A stretch of 64,000 nt of DNA from the NCBI GenBank assembly GCA_964550035.1, contig CAZJVU010000001.1, positions 19,990 through 83,989 on the forward strand, written 5' to 3'. The position numbers and the translations under genes are program-made. This document shows, piece after piece, positions 1 to 8,339 of this stretch (position 1 is the stretch's first letter; the number at the start of each line of letters is the position of its first letter). A model generated the notes under the pieces. The model had not been told where the DNA came from. It saw only the letters and a list, made by a program, of their open reading frames with translations, and did not search any database. This stretch comes from an uncultured Candidatus Saccharibacteria bacterium (GTDB taxonomy: Bacteria; Patescibacteriota; Saccharimonadia; Saccharimonadales; EFPC-124).

Positions 1-1263
1 CAGCTCATGGATGACTTCACCGGCGCGCGGGCAAACGATGCTCGCGCCAATCAGTACGCCATGACGGTCAGCGATGACCTTCACAAAGCCGCGTTCGACA
101 TTGCTTGTGTTGGCGCGACCGATAATGGCGATCGGGGCGACGGCTTTCTTGATGTGCAGGTCACGTTTGATGCACTCATCTTCGGTCAGGCCGACTGACG
201 CGACTTCTGGGCTTAGGAATATAACACGCGGTACGGCGCGGTAATCGGCAGCGATCTTCTGCTTGTGTAGCATATTGTTGGCGGCGATGCGACTCTGGTA
301 GATCGCGGTGTGCGTGTAGTTGTAGGGACCCACAACATCGCCGGCTGCGAAGATGTTTTTCGCGGTGGTCTGCATGTATTCGTTGGTGTTGATGCCTCGT
401 GGAGTGTATTCGACGCCCGCATTCTCGAGGCCGATGTCGACATTGGCGAGTTTGCCGGTAGCGATGAGGATTTCGTCGACCTTCACCGACTTCTCAGCCG
501 CTCCTTGCTGGAAGAAGACTCGTTTGGCCAGACCTTCCTTAGCAACGCGAAGAACTTTGGTATTGGTGAGCACTTCCATGCCGCGGTCGTTCTCGAACGT
601 ATCGCGCACCAGCTCGCTGACTTCCTCGTCTTCCTTGGAGAGGATGCGCGGTGTGATGTCGGTGAGGTAGATCTTGGAACCAAAGATAGCAAAGAGTTCG
701 GCAAACTCACAGCCAACCGAACCGGCGCCCACAATGAAAAGCGACTTTGGTGGACGTGTCAGGTTGACTGCTTCCTTGAAGGTGATGTAGCCAGCTTTGT
801 CGAGGCCCTCGATGGGCGGAATGAAGTTGTGCGAGCCAGTGGCGATCAGGAAATTCTCGGCGCTGATATGCCGGCGATTGACCGTTACTTCGTGATCGCT
901 GATGAAATGCGCTTCACCCTCGAGCACCTTGATGCCCTCTGCTTCGTACAGTCGCCGGCCTTCGCCGGTGCCGGACCGCTCGACGGCAAGGTCTTTCCAG
1001 GCCTTGAGCGACGGATAGTTGTAGGTGAGTGTGGCGGAACGGATGCCAAACTGTTGGCCGTGCTTGGCGGCATCGTAGATCTCAGCGGCGTGTAGGAGCG
1101 ATTTGGTCGGGACGCAGCCGTAGTTGGGGCACTCGCCGCCCATCACGTCGGGCTCAACCATAGCCACACGTTTGCCCGCGCCAGCCGCAATCAAGGCCGC
1201 GACGCTTCCGCCGCCACCGCTTCCGAGAACCAAGAGATCGTAGTCGTATTTGTGTTTTGCCAT
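1..1263 (-). CDS. Class-I pyridine nucleotide-disulfide oxidoreductase (dihydrolipoyl dehydrogenase/glutathione reductase family); C-terminal end runs off the window
   Basis: Absent from the ORF track because there is no stop in the window. My reverse translation from ATG (cat 1261-1263) gives MAKHKYDYDLLVLGSGGGGSVAALIAAGAGKRVAMVEPDVMGGECPNYGCVPTKSLLHAAE. This shows a GxGxxG FAD fold and the redox-active CxxxxC motif. Confidence 0.85.
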   Translation of the reverse strand, partial: MAKHKYDYDLLVLGSGGGGSVAALIAAGAGKRVAMVEPDVMGGECPNYGCVPTKSLLHAAEIYDAAKHGQQFGIRSATLTYNYPSLKAWKDLAVERSGTGEGRRLYEAEGIKVLEGEAHFISDHEVTVNRRHISAENFLIATGSHNFIPPIEGLDKAGYITFKEAVNLTRPPKSLFIVGAGSVGCEFAELFAIFGSKIYLTDITPRILSKEDEEVSELVRDTFENDRGMEVLTNTKVLRVAKEGLAKRVFFQQGAAEKSVKVDEILIATGKLANVDIGLENAGVEYTPRGINTNEYMQTTAKNIFAAGDVVGPYNYTHTAIYQSRIAANNMLHKQKIAADYRAVPRVIFLSPEVASVGLTEDECIKRDLHIKKAVAPIAIIGRANTSNVERGFVKVIADRHGVLIGASIVCPRAGEVIHEL

Positions 1264-1277
1264 TTTGGTGTTCCTTT

Positions 1278-1562
1278 CTAGTGAATCGTGCCGTGATGTT
1301 TATAGATGTACGCTGCGTGTGGATTGTAGGCGTGGAGTAGGGTGCTGGCCCGAGCGCGAATGTCGTGGCTGGTGACCTCTTGCTTCTTCTGGAGCCAGGG
1401 GAGAAGGTCCTTGGCGACTCGTTTGGCAGTGAGCTCGGCCTCGCCAGCAGGAGTTCGCACGGCCAGGCACGCTGCGTAGATGCTCTTCATGAGCTTGATG
1501 TCATCGTATGGTTCGATGGTACGCGTACGTTTGATGATTGTGGTGTTCATGGGCTTATCCAA
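1278..1562 (-). CDS. Stand-alone ATP-cone domain protein
   Basis: 94-aa ORF. TIIKRTRTIEPYDDIKLMKSIYAA fits the ATP-cone pattern (KRdG..epFd..Ki..si). It has no zinc ribbon, so it is not NrdR. It overlaps the upstream gene by 8 nt. Confidence 0.6.
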   Translation of the reverse strand: MDKPMNTTIIKRTRTIEPYDDIKLMKSIYAACLAVRTPAGEAELTAKRVAKDLLPWLQKKQEVTSHDIRARASTLLHAYNPHAAYIYKHHGTIH

Positions 1563-2259
1563 AGTTTAGTACTCCGCTCGTTACGAGTATCAGAATCCAG
1601 CCAAGCGCAATGAGAAGCATACCAACACAGAGGCGCATCTTGCCTTTTCTTTCTTCTTTCCAGCGCTGGATAGTACTGACCCGCACGCCGCCGGCCGTCA
1701 AAAGACCAAGGAGAATGAGCGTGGGTAGTACAAAGATGCCAGAGTAGAGCGCGAGTAAATTGACGCTGCCACTATCGAAATGATTCCGCAAAAGCGTGAT
1801 AGCCGCAAAATACGGCGCGCTGTTACCCGGAGTGGTCACGACTGCCACGAACAGTCCAAGCGCGATGGCGCCGAGGAAGCTCGGGCGCCGTTTGGTGAGT
1901 GCTTTAATAGTGCTCGCGGCGAGCTTAGGCACGCCCAGGCTGAGCCCTTGACCGTACCAGAAAAAGTCTTTGATCTCGAGCAGACCAGCGCATACTACGA
2001 GCATGCCGATACCGAGCGCCAAATAGTTCGCCGCCACAAGCGGCAGCAGCGTGAAGAGGTAGAGCAGTCCAGCACCAGCAACCAACGACACCGTGAACAT
2101 CGTCAAAATATACGTCAGCCCCAACCCAAACACATGTCGACGCAGCCGACCGCTGCCATAGACTACGGACACGAGCAGAAGGAGGACGCCAATGGTATAC
2201 GGATTGAGCGCGCTGACCAGCGCCGTCAGAAGGACAAGTGAGAGCGTGGGGTCAAACAT
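1555..2259 (-). CDS. Polytopic integral membrane protein, family unassigned
   Basis: 234 aa with about 6 hydrophobic spans. NPY and SAPY occur where DsbD/CcdA proteins carry (S/T)PC motifs, so the resemblance is at topology level only. Tightly coupled to both neighbours. Confidence 0.55.
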   Translation of the reverse strand: MFDPTLSLVLLTALVSALNPYTIGVLLLLVSVVYGSGRLRRHVFGLGLTYILTMFTVSLVAGAGLLYLFTLLPLVAANYLALGIGMLVVCAGLLEIKDFFWYGQGLSLGVPKLAASTIKALTKRRPSFLGAIALGLFVAVVTTPGNSAPYFAAITLLRNHFDSGSVNLLALYSGIFVLPTLILLGLLTAGGVRVSTIQRWKEERKGKMRLCVGMLLIALGWILILVTSGVLNFG

Positions 2260-3152
2260 CAGCGGAGCTCCCGTATATCGCAGGAAGCGACCTTATCGGC
2301 GGCGACTCCGAATTCAGTGCAGCGGTCGTAGTCGCGTGCGCCATAGCTTTGGCACAAATGGTCGGTTCGGTCTTTGGGCGGAGCAAATTCGATAATCACA
2401 CAGTCGCCTGGTGGCGATGTACTCGTGCGACTTAGCTCGTAGTTGGCAGGGTGGTCGAGCTTGGTCTGATAATACGTCTTGGTGCCTTCATTGTAGTGAT
2501 AGACAAATGCCTGCACCTGAGCAATTGTACCCCCGCACGACTGATTGTTGACGAACTGCGCGGTGGCACCGCTCTGAGTGGTGTTGATGTAGGGTTCAAC
2601 TTCTTGGGGTGTTGTGGGCTGGCCGGAAAATCCAGATTGATCGTTCAGCGGCACCGTAAGCGAACCGTCACTTATCTCACCGCCAACGGATTGCATGAAC
2701 CGGCCGAGTGAAGCGTCGTCTGGCAGGTTTGTCGGTGTGCCATCGTAGTGCATGCGACCGTCGTTCTGCTCGTACAATGTGGCAGTGCCAATGCGATTGC
2801 CCATCAGCCCGTGCGGGTTTCGCAGATCGAGCTGATTACCACACGCCCATATCTGGTAGTCAGTGCCCCAGCGGACGGGGCCACCGGTGGGAGAATTGAG
2901 ACTGAGGGTGACCGTTGCGCCCCCAAGAACAAGCGTCGTGATGACGGTTACCAGGACAGTAAGAGTGAAGAGTGGCGCCTTAAACTTCGGCCATCGCTCA
3001 TGGGTGAGGACCGCCATGGCCGTCAATATGATGATCATCACCACGGCAGCACTAACCAAGGCAACCGAGAGGCTACCGATAGACGAAGCGAGATCCGTGG
3101 CAGCTGCAATACCGGTTATATGCAGTGGCCCCGAGAGGAACGAAGATATCAT
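2259..3152 (-). CDS. Membrane-anchored protein with Cys-containing extracytoplasmic domain, hypothetical
   Basis: 297 aa. Two N-terminal TM spans are followed by about 210 aa with 7 Cys. First gene of a 4-gene minus-strand operon. No family recognised. Confidence 0.55.
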   Translation of the reverse strand: MISSFLSGPLHITGIAAATDLASSIGSLSVALVSAAVVMIIILTAMAVLTHERWPKFKAPLFTLTVLVTVITTLVLGGATVTLSLNSPTGGPVRWGTDYQIWACGNQLDLRNPHGLMGNRIGTATLYEQNDGRMHYDGTPTNLPDDASLGRFMQSVGGEISDGSLTVPLNDQSGFSGQPTTPQEVEPYINTTQSGATAQFVNNQSCGGTIAQVQAFVYHYNEGTKTYYQTKLDHPANYELSRTSTSPPGDCVIIEFAPPKDRTDHLCQSYGARDYDRCTEFGVAADKVASCDIRELR

Positions 3153-3287
3153 AGTGGTGGTTTTTTGTTTTTGCTAGTAAAGCTACTTCCATTTATACAC
3201 CCCTTAGTACAGATATGTCAAAGAGGTGGCCCTGAGGGCTGGCACAGAGCGTTCTAATCTGTTACAATAACTCCGAATCGCATATAT

Positions 3288-3364
3288 GGCACCGTAGCTC
3301 AGTCGGTTAGAGCGGAGGACTCATAAGCCTCAGGTCACTGGTTCAATTCCAGTCGGTGCTACCA
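3288..3364 (+). tRNA. tRNA-Met (anticodon CAT); could instead be tRNA-Ile2 read via lysidine
   Basis: Cloverleaf GGCACCG...CGGTGCT-A-CCA. Anticodon loop is CTCATAA, T-arm is ACTGG-TTCAATT-CCAGT, and CCA is encoded. The anticodon stem lacks the three G-C pairs of initiator tRNAs. Confidence 0.9.
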
Positions 3365-3381
3365 TGAAATTATATTTTTAG

Positions 3382-3408
3382 ATCGCCTTTCGGGGCGGTT
3401 TTTATTTT
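3382..3408 (+). terminator. Rho-independent terminator after tRNA-Met
   Basis: CGCC-TTTCGG-GGCG stem-loop followed by TTTTTATTTT. Confidence 0.6.
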
Positions 3409-3434
3409 GTGAGCACTGCTTTTTGGTGGGAGCC

Positions 3435-3463
3435 TGGATACTTCGTAGATATTATTGTATAAT
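3435..3463 (+). promoter_or_regulatory. Sigma70-like promoter for 3510..4196
   Basis: TGGATA, 17-nt spacer, then TATAAT (3458-3463) in an AT-rich spacer. Confidence 0.45.
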
Positions 3464-3509
3464 TCGCGGGCATCGCCCCTTACCATCCCTATATCAATTG
3501 GAGGCGCCC

Positions 3510-4196
3510 ATGACACCGGGCACCGGGTTTTTGTTATATGCCGGCTACGGAGTGCTCGTGATCGGCGCGGTCATGTTCCTGTACAACGGGTACAAGGCCT
3601 TGAGGTCACCATTTGGGAAGCGCATGTACCGCCTGACTTGGGTGTTGCTGGCGCTGTACCCGCTCGGCGTAGCCTGTAAAGGCATCGCGTTTGGTCCGCT
3701 GTTCTTCCGATACCACTTGTCGGACATCGGGTTTCCGGTGTTCGTCGCAACGGTGCTCTTTCGGCATTTCCGTATGAGCTTCGAGAAGGGCAACGCCACA
3801 CTCGGGCACAACGACATGGCTGACCTTGCACAGTGGCTGCGGCAGTACAGAGTGGCGCTGATCATCGGGCTTGTCGTCAGCTACAGCTACGAAGGCTTCT
3901 GCGGACTCCTGTGGCATCTGAAGCCTGACGTGATGGCGGAGGCCGGGCTGATCGGCGACTTCGACTGGGACGACATCGCCAACTACACGCTTGGCGCCGC
4001 AGTCTGCTACTGGCTACTGACCGTCTGGCGGCGGAGAGTCGTCGTGGCCAAGATGTTGCAGCCGAAGCTCGACGCCACGGTCGAGGCCGCAATCGAGGCT
4101 GAGCGCCACAGCCAGCGCCCCCAGCGCCAGCGTGGACGGCGCAAGCCGAGCAACAAGCCGGCAGGCAGGACAACCAGGAAGGGAAAGAGGAGGTGA
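3510..4196 (+). CDS. High-GC cassette: multi-pass membrane protein with Arg/Lys-rich tail, hypothetical
   Basis: ATG 3510 is 5 nt after GGAGG (3500-3504). 228 aa with several TM spans and the tail RQRGRRKPSNKPAGRTTRKGKRR. C/G-dominated third positions. The TTG start at 3423 in the track is unlikely. Confidence 0.7.
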   Translation: MTPGTGFLLYAGYGVLVIGAVMFLYNGYKALRSPFGKRMYRLTWVLLALYPLGVACKGIAFGPLFFRYHLSDIGFPVFVATVLFRHFRMSFEKGNATLGHNDMADLAQWLRQYRVALIIGLVVSYSYEGFCGLLWHLKPDVMAEAGLIGDFDWDDIANYTLGAAVCYWLLTVWRRRVVVAKMLQPKLDATVEAAIEAERHSQRPQRQRGRRKPSNKPAGRTTRKGKRR

Positions 4197-4200
4197 GCAC

Positions 4201-4230
4201 AGGGCGCGAAAGCGCCCTTCTCCTTTTGTT
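4201..4230 (+). terminator. GC-rich hairpin terminator
   Basis: AGGGCGC-GAAA-GCGCCCT lies 5 nt after the stop and is followed by TCTCCTTTTGTTG. Confidence 0.75.
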
Positions 4231-4290
4231 GTAAATAATGACGTTGAATAGGCCTTGCACGCCAGTCACACTCATGGCAGGAGAACATGC

Positions 4291-4863
4291 ATGCCAACTA
4301 CCATACGAACTTATATTCACGATGAGATTGCCGCGGTTCAGCCGTCCGATGACTTGGAGCGCCAGCATACCGAGGACGCGCTCCAGTGGGTTGCAAGCGG
4401 CGCACCGCTGTTTCGCATCGAGCCACCCGATAAGCCACCCAAGCATCTGGTGTCGTACTTTGTGCTTATCGATCCTGACCACCGAAGCATTTTGCTGGGC
4501 GACCACATAAAGGCTCAGCTTTGGTTGCCCTCCGGCGGGCACGTGCTGCCTGATGAACATCCCAAGCAGACGGTTCTGCGGGAATCTATCGAGGAATTGT
4601 CCAAGCCGGCGGTGTTTTTGCGCGGACGCGAGCAGCCGCTGTTTATTACATGCAACGAGACAGTGGGGCTGACGCCAGGTCACATCGACGTGAGCTTGTG
4701 GTATGTGCTTCGCGGCAGCGTACATGAGTATATACACTACGAAAAACGCGAACTGCAAGAGGTAAATTGGTTTACCTTTGACGAAATTCTTCAGTCAGAT
4801 CCGGCGATCTTTGACCGCCACATGCAGCGTTTTACACGCAAGCTCATTGACTGGCTAGGATAG
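4291..4863 (+). CDS. NUDIX hydrolase
   Basis: Nudix box GGHVLPDEHPKQTVLRESIEELS (Gx5Ex7REUxEExGU pattern). ATG 4291 is 6 nt after AGGAGA. Confidence 0.8.
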   Translation: MPTTIRTYIHDEIAAVQPSDDLERQHTEDALQWVASGAPLFRIEPPDKPPKHLVSYFVLIDPDHRSILLGDHIKAQLWLPSGGHVLPDEHPKQTVLRESIEELSKPAVFLRGREQPLFITCNETVGLTPGHIDVSLWYVLRGSVHEYIHYEKRELQEVNWFTFDEILQSDPAIFDRHMQRFTRKLIDWLG

Positions 4864-4931
4864 TGTCATGGGTTGTTGCCCGGGTCACCCCAGACAACTT
4901 CCCGTAGGAGGTCTGCAGCGCCCGAGCAGGT

Positions 4932-5438
4932 TCAGCCGCCCGTGCCGATGTTCGGCTTGGCGCTGGGGTTGGGGTAAGTGTCCGGGCAGCCGCCCTGCTG
5001 CTTGCCTGCGGATGACAGTGGCGTGTTCCACTTGCCGCCGGCCTTCCAGTACCGCTTGAACATGTCGTCCAAGAGGGCTCGAACTTGGCGGTCGACTTCC
5101 GAGAGACCTCCCTCCTTGTTGCCACCACCGGTGTTGCAGTACTCGGTGACGATGACGGACAACCGCTGGTCGAGCGTACGCTCGGCTTTGACGCGGGATT
5201 CGATGCCGTTGGCGCGGTTCTGCGCCTGCTTCTTGTCGTCCTGCGCCTTGGCTGCGAGCGATGATTCTGCACGGCTGGCTTCCGCCGGGTCCTGCGTGGC
5301 GGTAGTTGCCACTTCGGTCGACGGCACGTTGGACGGAGTGGCGCTGCTGCCGTCGTTACTGCTGCACGCGTTGAGACTCAGCGCGAGCGCGACGACGATG
5401 ACGGAGAGTCGCCCAATGGTTTTCCTCACGTTACTCAC
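4932..5438 (-). CDS. Putative lipoprotein (GC-rich), hypothetical
   Basis: N-terminus MSNVRKTIGRLSVIVVALALSLNAC has a signal peptide and a lipobox-like LNAC. Preferred over the opposite-strand ORF 4978..5448. Co-directional with the GH15-like gene upstream. Confidence 0.6.
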   Translation of the reverse strand: MSNVRKTIGRLSVIVVALALSLNACSSNDGSSATPSNVPSTEVATTATQDPAEASRAESSLAAKAQDDKKQAQNRANGIESRVKAERTLDQRLSVIVTEYCNTGGGNKEGGLSEVDRQVRALLDDMFKRYWKAGGKWNTPLSSAGKQQGGCPDTYPNPSAKPNIGTGG

Positions 5439-5488
5439 AACTCCCTAGCTCGAGGGTTGAACACCAAATAGTTTACTACACTTTTGTT

Positions 5489-6838
5489 TTATGATGTAGC
5501 TTCGAAAATTCTCACCGCTGTTAGTAGGTTGGCGTGCGCCCAGAGCAATGGCGAATGGTCGTTGGTGACCCACCTATACTCGCCGTCGACGTAGTCGTAA
5601 AAGTCCGCCTCCGGCATAGCAAGCCGGCCGTCTTCTTGCGGCTTGAGGTGACTGAGCGAGCGGTCGAGGTAATGAAGCTGCTTGTCACGGTGTGCCGGGT
5701 CGCCCGATTCGGCGTAGCGTTTACCCCAATAGGTAGAAAGAATAGGGTCGAACATCTTCCATTGCGCCTCGGTTTCGGTGTAGGCGACACCGGCCGCAGT
5801 TAAGTTCCGTTGCTCGGTCCGACCTTCGGCTTGGGTGGTACGCTCCTCTATACTCATAATGTCAGGGAAGCGCGGCTCCCAGTACGTATCGCCAGCATAA
5901 CGAGCAATACCATGGGTTCGCACCAGATCACGTTCGACGCCACTGACGATGTGCTCGGCCCACTCACCATGAAGGACGCCAAGTGGTTCGACTAAAAATA
6001 GCAACGCCGCATCGTGCTCCCGGCGATGCGTACTGAATTGCTGAAAGAATCTTTCCGTCTCTGGGTGAGGCGTAACAGAATCGGGATATGCGTCATCTGT
6101 TTCCTCGACTTCCCCTGATGGCGATACATCGGTGACGCCACTTTGGAGGATGCTGTAGAGTGATTCAGAGCCGCGCTCGATAAGCGCTTCGAAGTCAATA
6201 TCATGCTGAAAGTCGAACCGTTCGAACATCTGCCGAGCTTCGTGGAGCGCTGCTACATCAACGCCGATGCTCGAACTATGGACGCGTCGGTCTTCCTCCC
6301 AGTGGCCTTCGTCGGGATCGTGCCAATATTCAACACGCTCCAAGTACTGGGCTGTCTGCGCTAATCGTTCAAGATCAGCAGAGGTAGGCCGGTAGGCGCC
6401 GTCGTTTATCAGATGACTCGTAAACCACAGGGCATATCCGACTGAGTCATTCTGGCGTCGCGGTTCCGTATCATTCTCGAGCGTATCGCCTTCGACACGT
6501 ACGGGTAGCCGGTCGGTATTGTGGCTAGTCAGAATGTGCTCATTATTGTGGAGGACGGCCAGAAACGCAGAGCCGGTGCGTACGGCTTCCTCTATGCGCC
6601 CATCTTGGTACAGCGCGGTGGCGACGAGCGCATTGTCGCGAAACCACGCCATACCCATACCGGTAGCCCGACGCTGTTCGGGTGTCAGGTCGCTGGCCGG
6701 AAAAAGGCCACTCTCGTAGGCAGGGAACGTAAACACGCCGCGGCCGGTCAGGTCTCGCCGGAGTTTGGTCGGATGGCGCGCATACTCTGAGGCCTTCCAG
6801 AGACTTTCGGGGCTCGGTTTCGATACCTCTGGACTCAT
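5489..6838 (-). CDS. Glycoside hydrolase family 15-like (glucoamylase/glucodextranase-type)
   Basis: 449 aa from ATG 6838. GHWEEDRRVHSSS resembles the GH15 catalytic LWEEV.GSS motif, and the C-terminal LLWAHANLL is typical of (alpha/alpha)6 barrels. The longer TTG start at 6958 would read through a terminator-like hairpin. Confidence 0.55.
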   Translation of the reverse strand: MSPEVSKPSPESLWKASEYARHPTKLRRDLTGRGVFTFPAYESGLFPASDLTPEQRRATGMGMAWFRDNALVATALYQDGRIEEAVRTGSAFLAVLHNNEHILTSHNTDRLPVRVEGDTLENDTEPRRQNDSVGYALWFTSHLINDGAYRPTSADLERLAQTAQYLERVEYWHDPDEGHWEEDRRVHSSSIGVDVAALHEARQMFERFDFQHDIDFEALIERGSESLYSILQSGVTDVSPSGEVEETDDAYPDSVTPHPETERFFQQFSTHRREHDAALLFLVEPLGVLHGEWAEHIVSGVERDLVRTHGIARYAGDTYWEPRFPDIMSIEERTTQAEGRTEQRNLTAAGVAYTETEAQWKMFDPILSTYWGKRYAESGDPAHRDKQLHYLDRSLSHLKPQEDGRLAMPEADFYDYVDGEYRWVTNDHSPLLWAHANLLTAVRIFEATS

Positions 6839-6874
6839 ACCTCTACGGTAGATCAAAGCGTTAATAATGACAAT

Positions 6875-6905
6875 AAAAGCGGCCCCGTGATAAGAGGCCG
6901 CTTTT
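6875..6905 (-). terminator. Terminator-like hairpin in the leader of the GH15-like gene
   Basis: AAAAGCGGCC with an 11-nt loop and GGCCGCTTTT. On the minus strand it is followed by TTTTATTG, about 37 nt upstream of ATG 6838. Confidence 0.5.
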
Positions 6906-7096
6906 GCAACTGCGATCGTAAAATTATTTGCCCAGAGACACGCCCACCTGAACAGCAAGCGCTACGCCGAGCGAAAGACCCAAGTGTCCATAGCAGTTCG
7001 TGCACGCTGCGAGTACTGATTATGACTCAGGGCGAAAAGGGGTCCGAGTAAATAGTTCGCATTTAATGGGTATAGGGGTGGAGGAGTGTGAAACTA

Positions 7097-7125
7097 TTGA
7101 CAATTATGACGTTTTATAGTACAAT
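7097..7125 (+). promoter_or_regulatory. Near-consensus sigma70 promoter for 7212..7742
   Basis: TTGACA (7097-7102), 17-nt spacer, TACAAT (7120-7125). Confidence 0.65.
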
Positions 7126-7211
7126 TATCACGTCCAACAGAGATGACATCAATGCGGGACGCACCCCACAGGTGGCTCGAACGCCGCCACACTCACGAGA
7201 AGGGTTTTACT

Positions 7212-7742
7212 ATGTCCACTTCGGACCACGAGACCACCGACGACACGAAGCGCCGCGAACCGCTCGCGATGCCCCGGCTGTGCAGCATTGCGCTCGCTAC
7301 GGCCGGCATCCTGATCGCGCTCATCTTCGCCGGGTTCGTCGTCGGCCTCATCCTCTCCCTGGCCATCTTCGTGTCGGGCATCTTCGCCCACCTGGAAAGC
7401 TTCCGCGCGCTCAAGCGTGCGGCGCTCCAGGTCAAGCGCGACTGGCCGGCGAAGAAGATGCGCGCCGTCACCGAGCACATGAAGTGGTACGCCATCGGCA
7501 ACCGCAGGCTCGACCCCTCCGACCCCAACAAGGAGTCGGAAGGCACGCCGCTGTGGTGGGTGATCGTCGTGTTCTTCGCGGGCTTCGGCCCGCTGATGGT
7601 CACGATGCTCGCCGCGCCGCTGATGCCCGTGTGGCTGGGACTCATCCTGGCCGGCGGCCTGATCGGGCTGTACGCCTACACGGTCATCCGCATGATCCGC
7701 TACGGTGGCTTCCACCCGGAGCCCAAGACCACCAGTGCGTGA
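7212..7742 (+). CDS. High-GC cassette: 4-TM membrane protein, hypothetical
   Basis: ATG 7212 follows GAGAAGGG. 176 aa with two TM hairpins and very high GC3. Chosen over the overlapping ORFs 7088..7822 (+) and 7149..8201 (-). Confidence 0.7.
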   Translation: MSTSDHETTDDTKRREPLAMPRLCSIALATAGILIALIFAGFVVGLILSLAIFVSGIFAHLESFRALKRAALQVKRDWPAKKMRAVTEHMKWYAIGNRRLDPSDPNKESEGTPLWWVIVVFFAGFGPLMVTMLAAPLMPVWLGLILAGGLIGLYAYTVIRMIRYGGFHPEPKTTSA

Positions 7743-7755
7743 CCCTTCCGTCCAC

Positions 7756-7804
7756 CCCGCGCAGGGGGCGACCGAGCATCGACGCTCGAGTCGCCCCTCG
7801 CGGG
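7756..7804 (+). terminator. Long GC-rich imperfect hairpin after cassette stop
   Basis: CCCGCGCAGGGGGCGAC...GTCGCCCCTCGCGGG with an inner CGAGC/GCTCG stem, 14 nt after the stop. Confidence 0.6.
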
Positions 7805-7821
7805 CAGACACTGAACTTATG

Positions 7822-7845
7822 AGACCGGTTGGTCTTTTTTGTTTG
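7822..7845 (+). terminator. Rho-independent terminator
   Basis: AGACC-GGTT-GGTCT followed by TTTTTGTTTG. Confidence 0.7.
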
Positions 7846-7871
7846 CCCCAGACTATGCCATACTGAGGCGC

Positions 7872-8339
7872 ATGAATACGCAGTATCTTTTTCAGTATTG
7901 CCAGAAGCTGGTTGTTTTTTCGGCTGATAAGCAGGCGGTGCTTTTTGCGCGGCGGAAAGGTGAAGCAGACTTCGATAACTATTGGTCGCTCATTGGGGGT
8001 AAGCTCGAAACGACCGACGGCGACATCGTTCCTGGTATCAAGCGCGAGAAGGACGAAGAAGTCGGCGACACATTCCGTCTCCGTGTCGCGCCGCTCGTGA
8101 GCTGCTACAATGTGCATTACCAGAAGAAAGACGGCACACATATGATTCTGCCACACTACATAGCCCTGCACATAGGCGGCGAAGTCCAGCTCAACGACCA
8201 AGAGTACTCAGACTATAAGTGGGTACCAGTCTCCGAAATCAACACCCTCAACCCCAAAGTAGAAAACACCAGCGACGTTATCAGCAGCGCCCTCCGAATT
8301 CTGCCCGTCCTTACCGACGAAGACTTTGTCGAAGTCTAG
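7872..8339 (+). CDS. NUDIX hydrolase
   Basis: Nudix box GGKLETTDGDIVPGIKREKDEEVG. ATG 7872 lies 7 nt after CATACT, so it may be leaderless. Confidence 0.75.
   Translation: MNTQYLFQYCQKLVVFSADKQAVLFARRKGEADFDNYWSLIGGKLETTDGDIVPGIKREKDEEVGDTFRLRVAPLVSCYNVHYQKKDGTHMILPHYIALHIGGEVQLNDQEYSDYKWVPVSEINTLNPKVENTSDVISSALRILPVLTDEDFVEV

Noticed and set aside
3423-3509. Upstream alternative starts given by the ORF track for several genes: 3423, 4255, 6958, 7143, 7839, 12554, 39783, 43735, 52697, 56895 and 61533.
   Set aside because: In each case the extension runs through promoter-like AT-rich sequence, a terminator hairpin or the preceding gene. An internal ATG/GTG/TTG with a proper SD or an adjacent -10 box fits better. 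The residual uncertainty is noted in the feature entries.
4978-5448. 156-aa + strand ORF overlapping the 4932-5438 lipoprotein candidate, and the minus ORF 4844-5272 in another frame.
   Set aside because: The 4932-5438 frame gives a textbook signal peptide plus a Cys lipobox-like site and a sensible mature domain. The alternatives are Pro/Arg/Ser-rich low-complexity translations typical of off-frame GC-rich DNA.
6906-7090. Resemblance of GGGCAAA ... GCAAAAGCGGCC (minus strand) to the c-di-GMP-I (GEMM) riboswitch core.
   Set aside because: The intervening sequence cannot form the P2 hairpin with a GNRA tetraloop or the tetraloop receptor. The match is limited to two short A-rich strings.
7088-8201. 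Competing ORFs 7088-7822 (+), 7149-8201 (-, 350 aa) and 7193-7645 (-) over the 7212-7742 cassette.
   Set aside because: Only the 7212 frame has a consensus promoter, an SD, clear TM hairpins, C/G-dominated third positions and a hairpin after its stop. The 350-aa minus ORF would also run antisense through the NUDIX gene.
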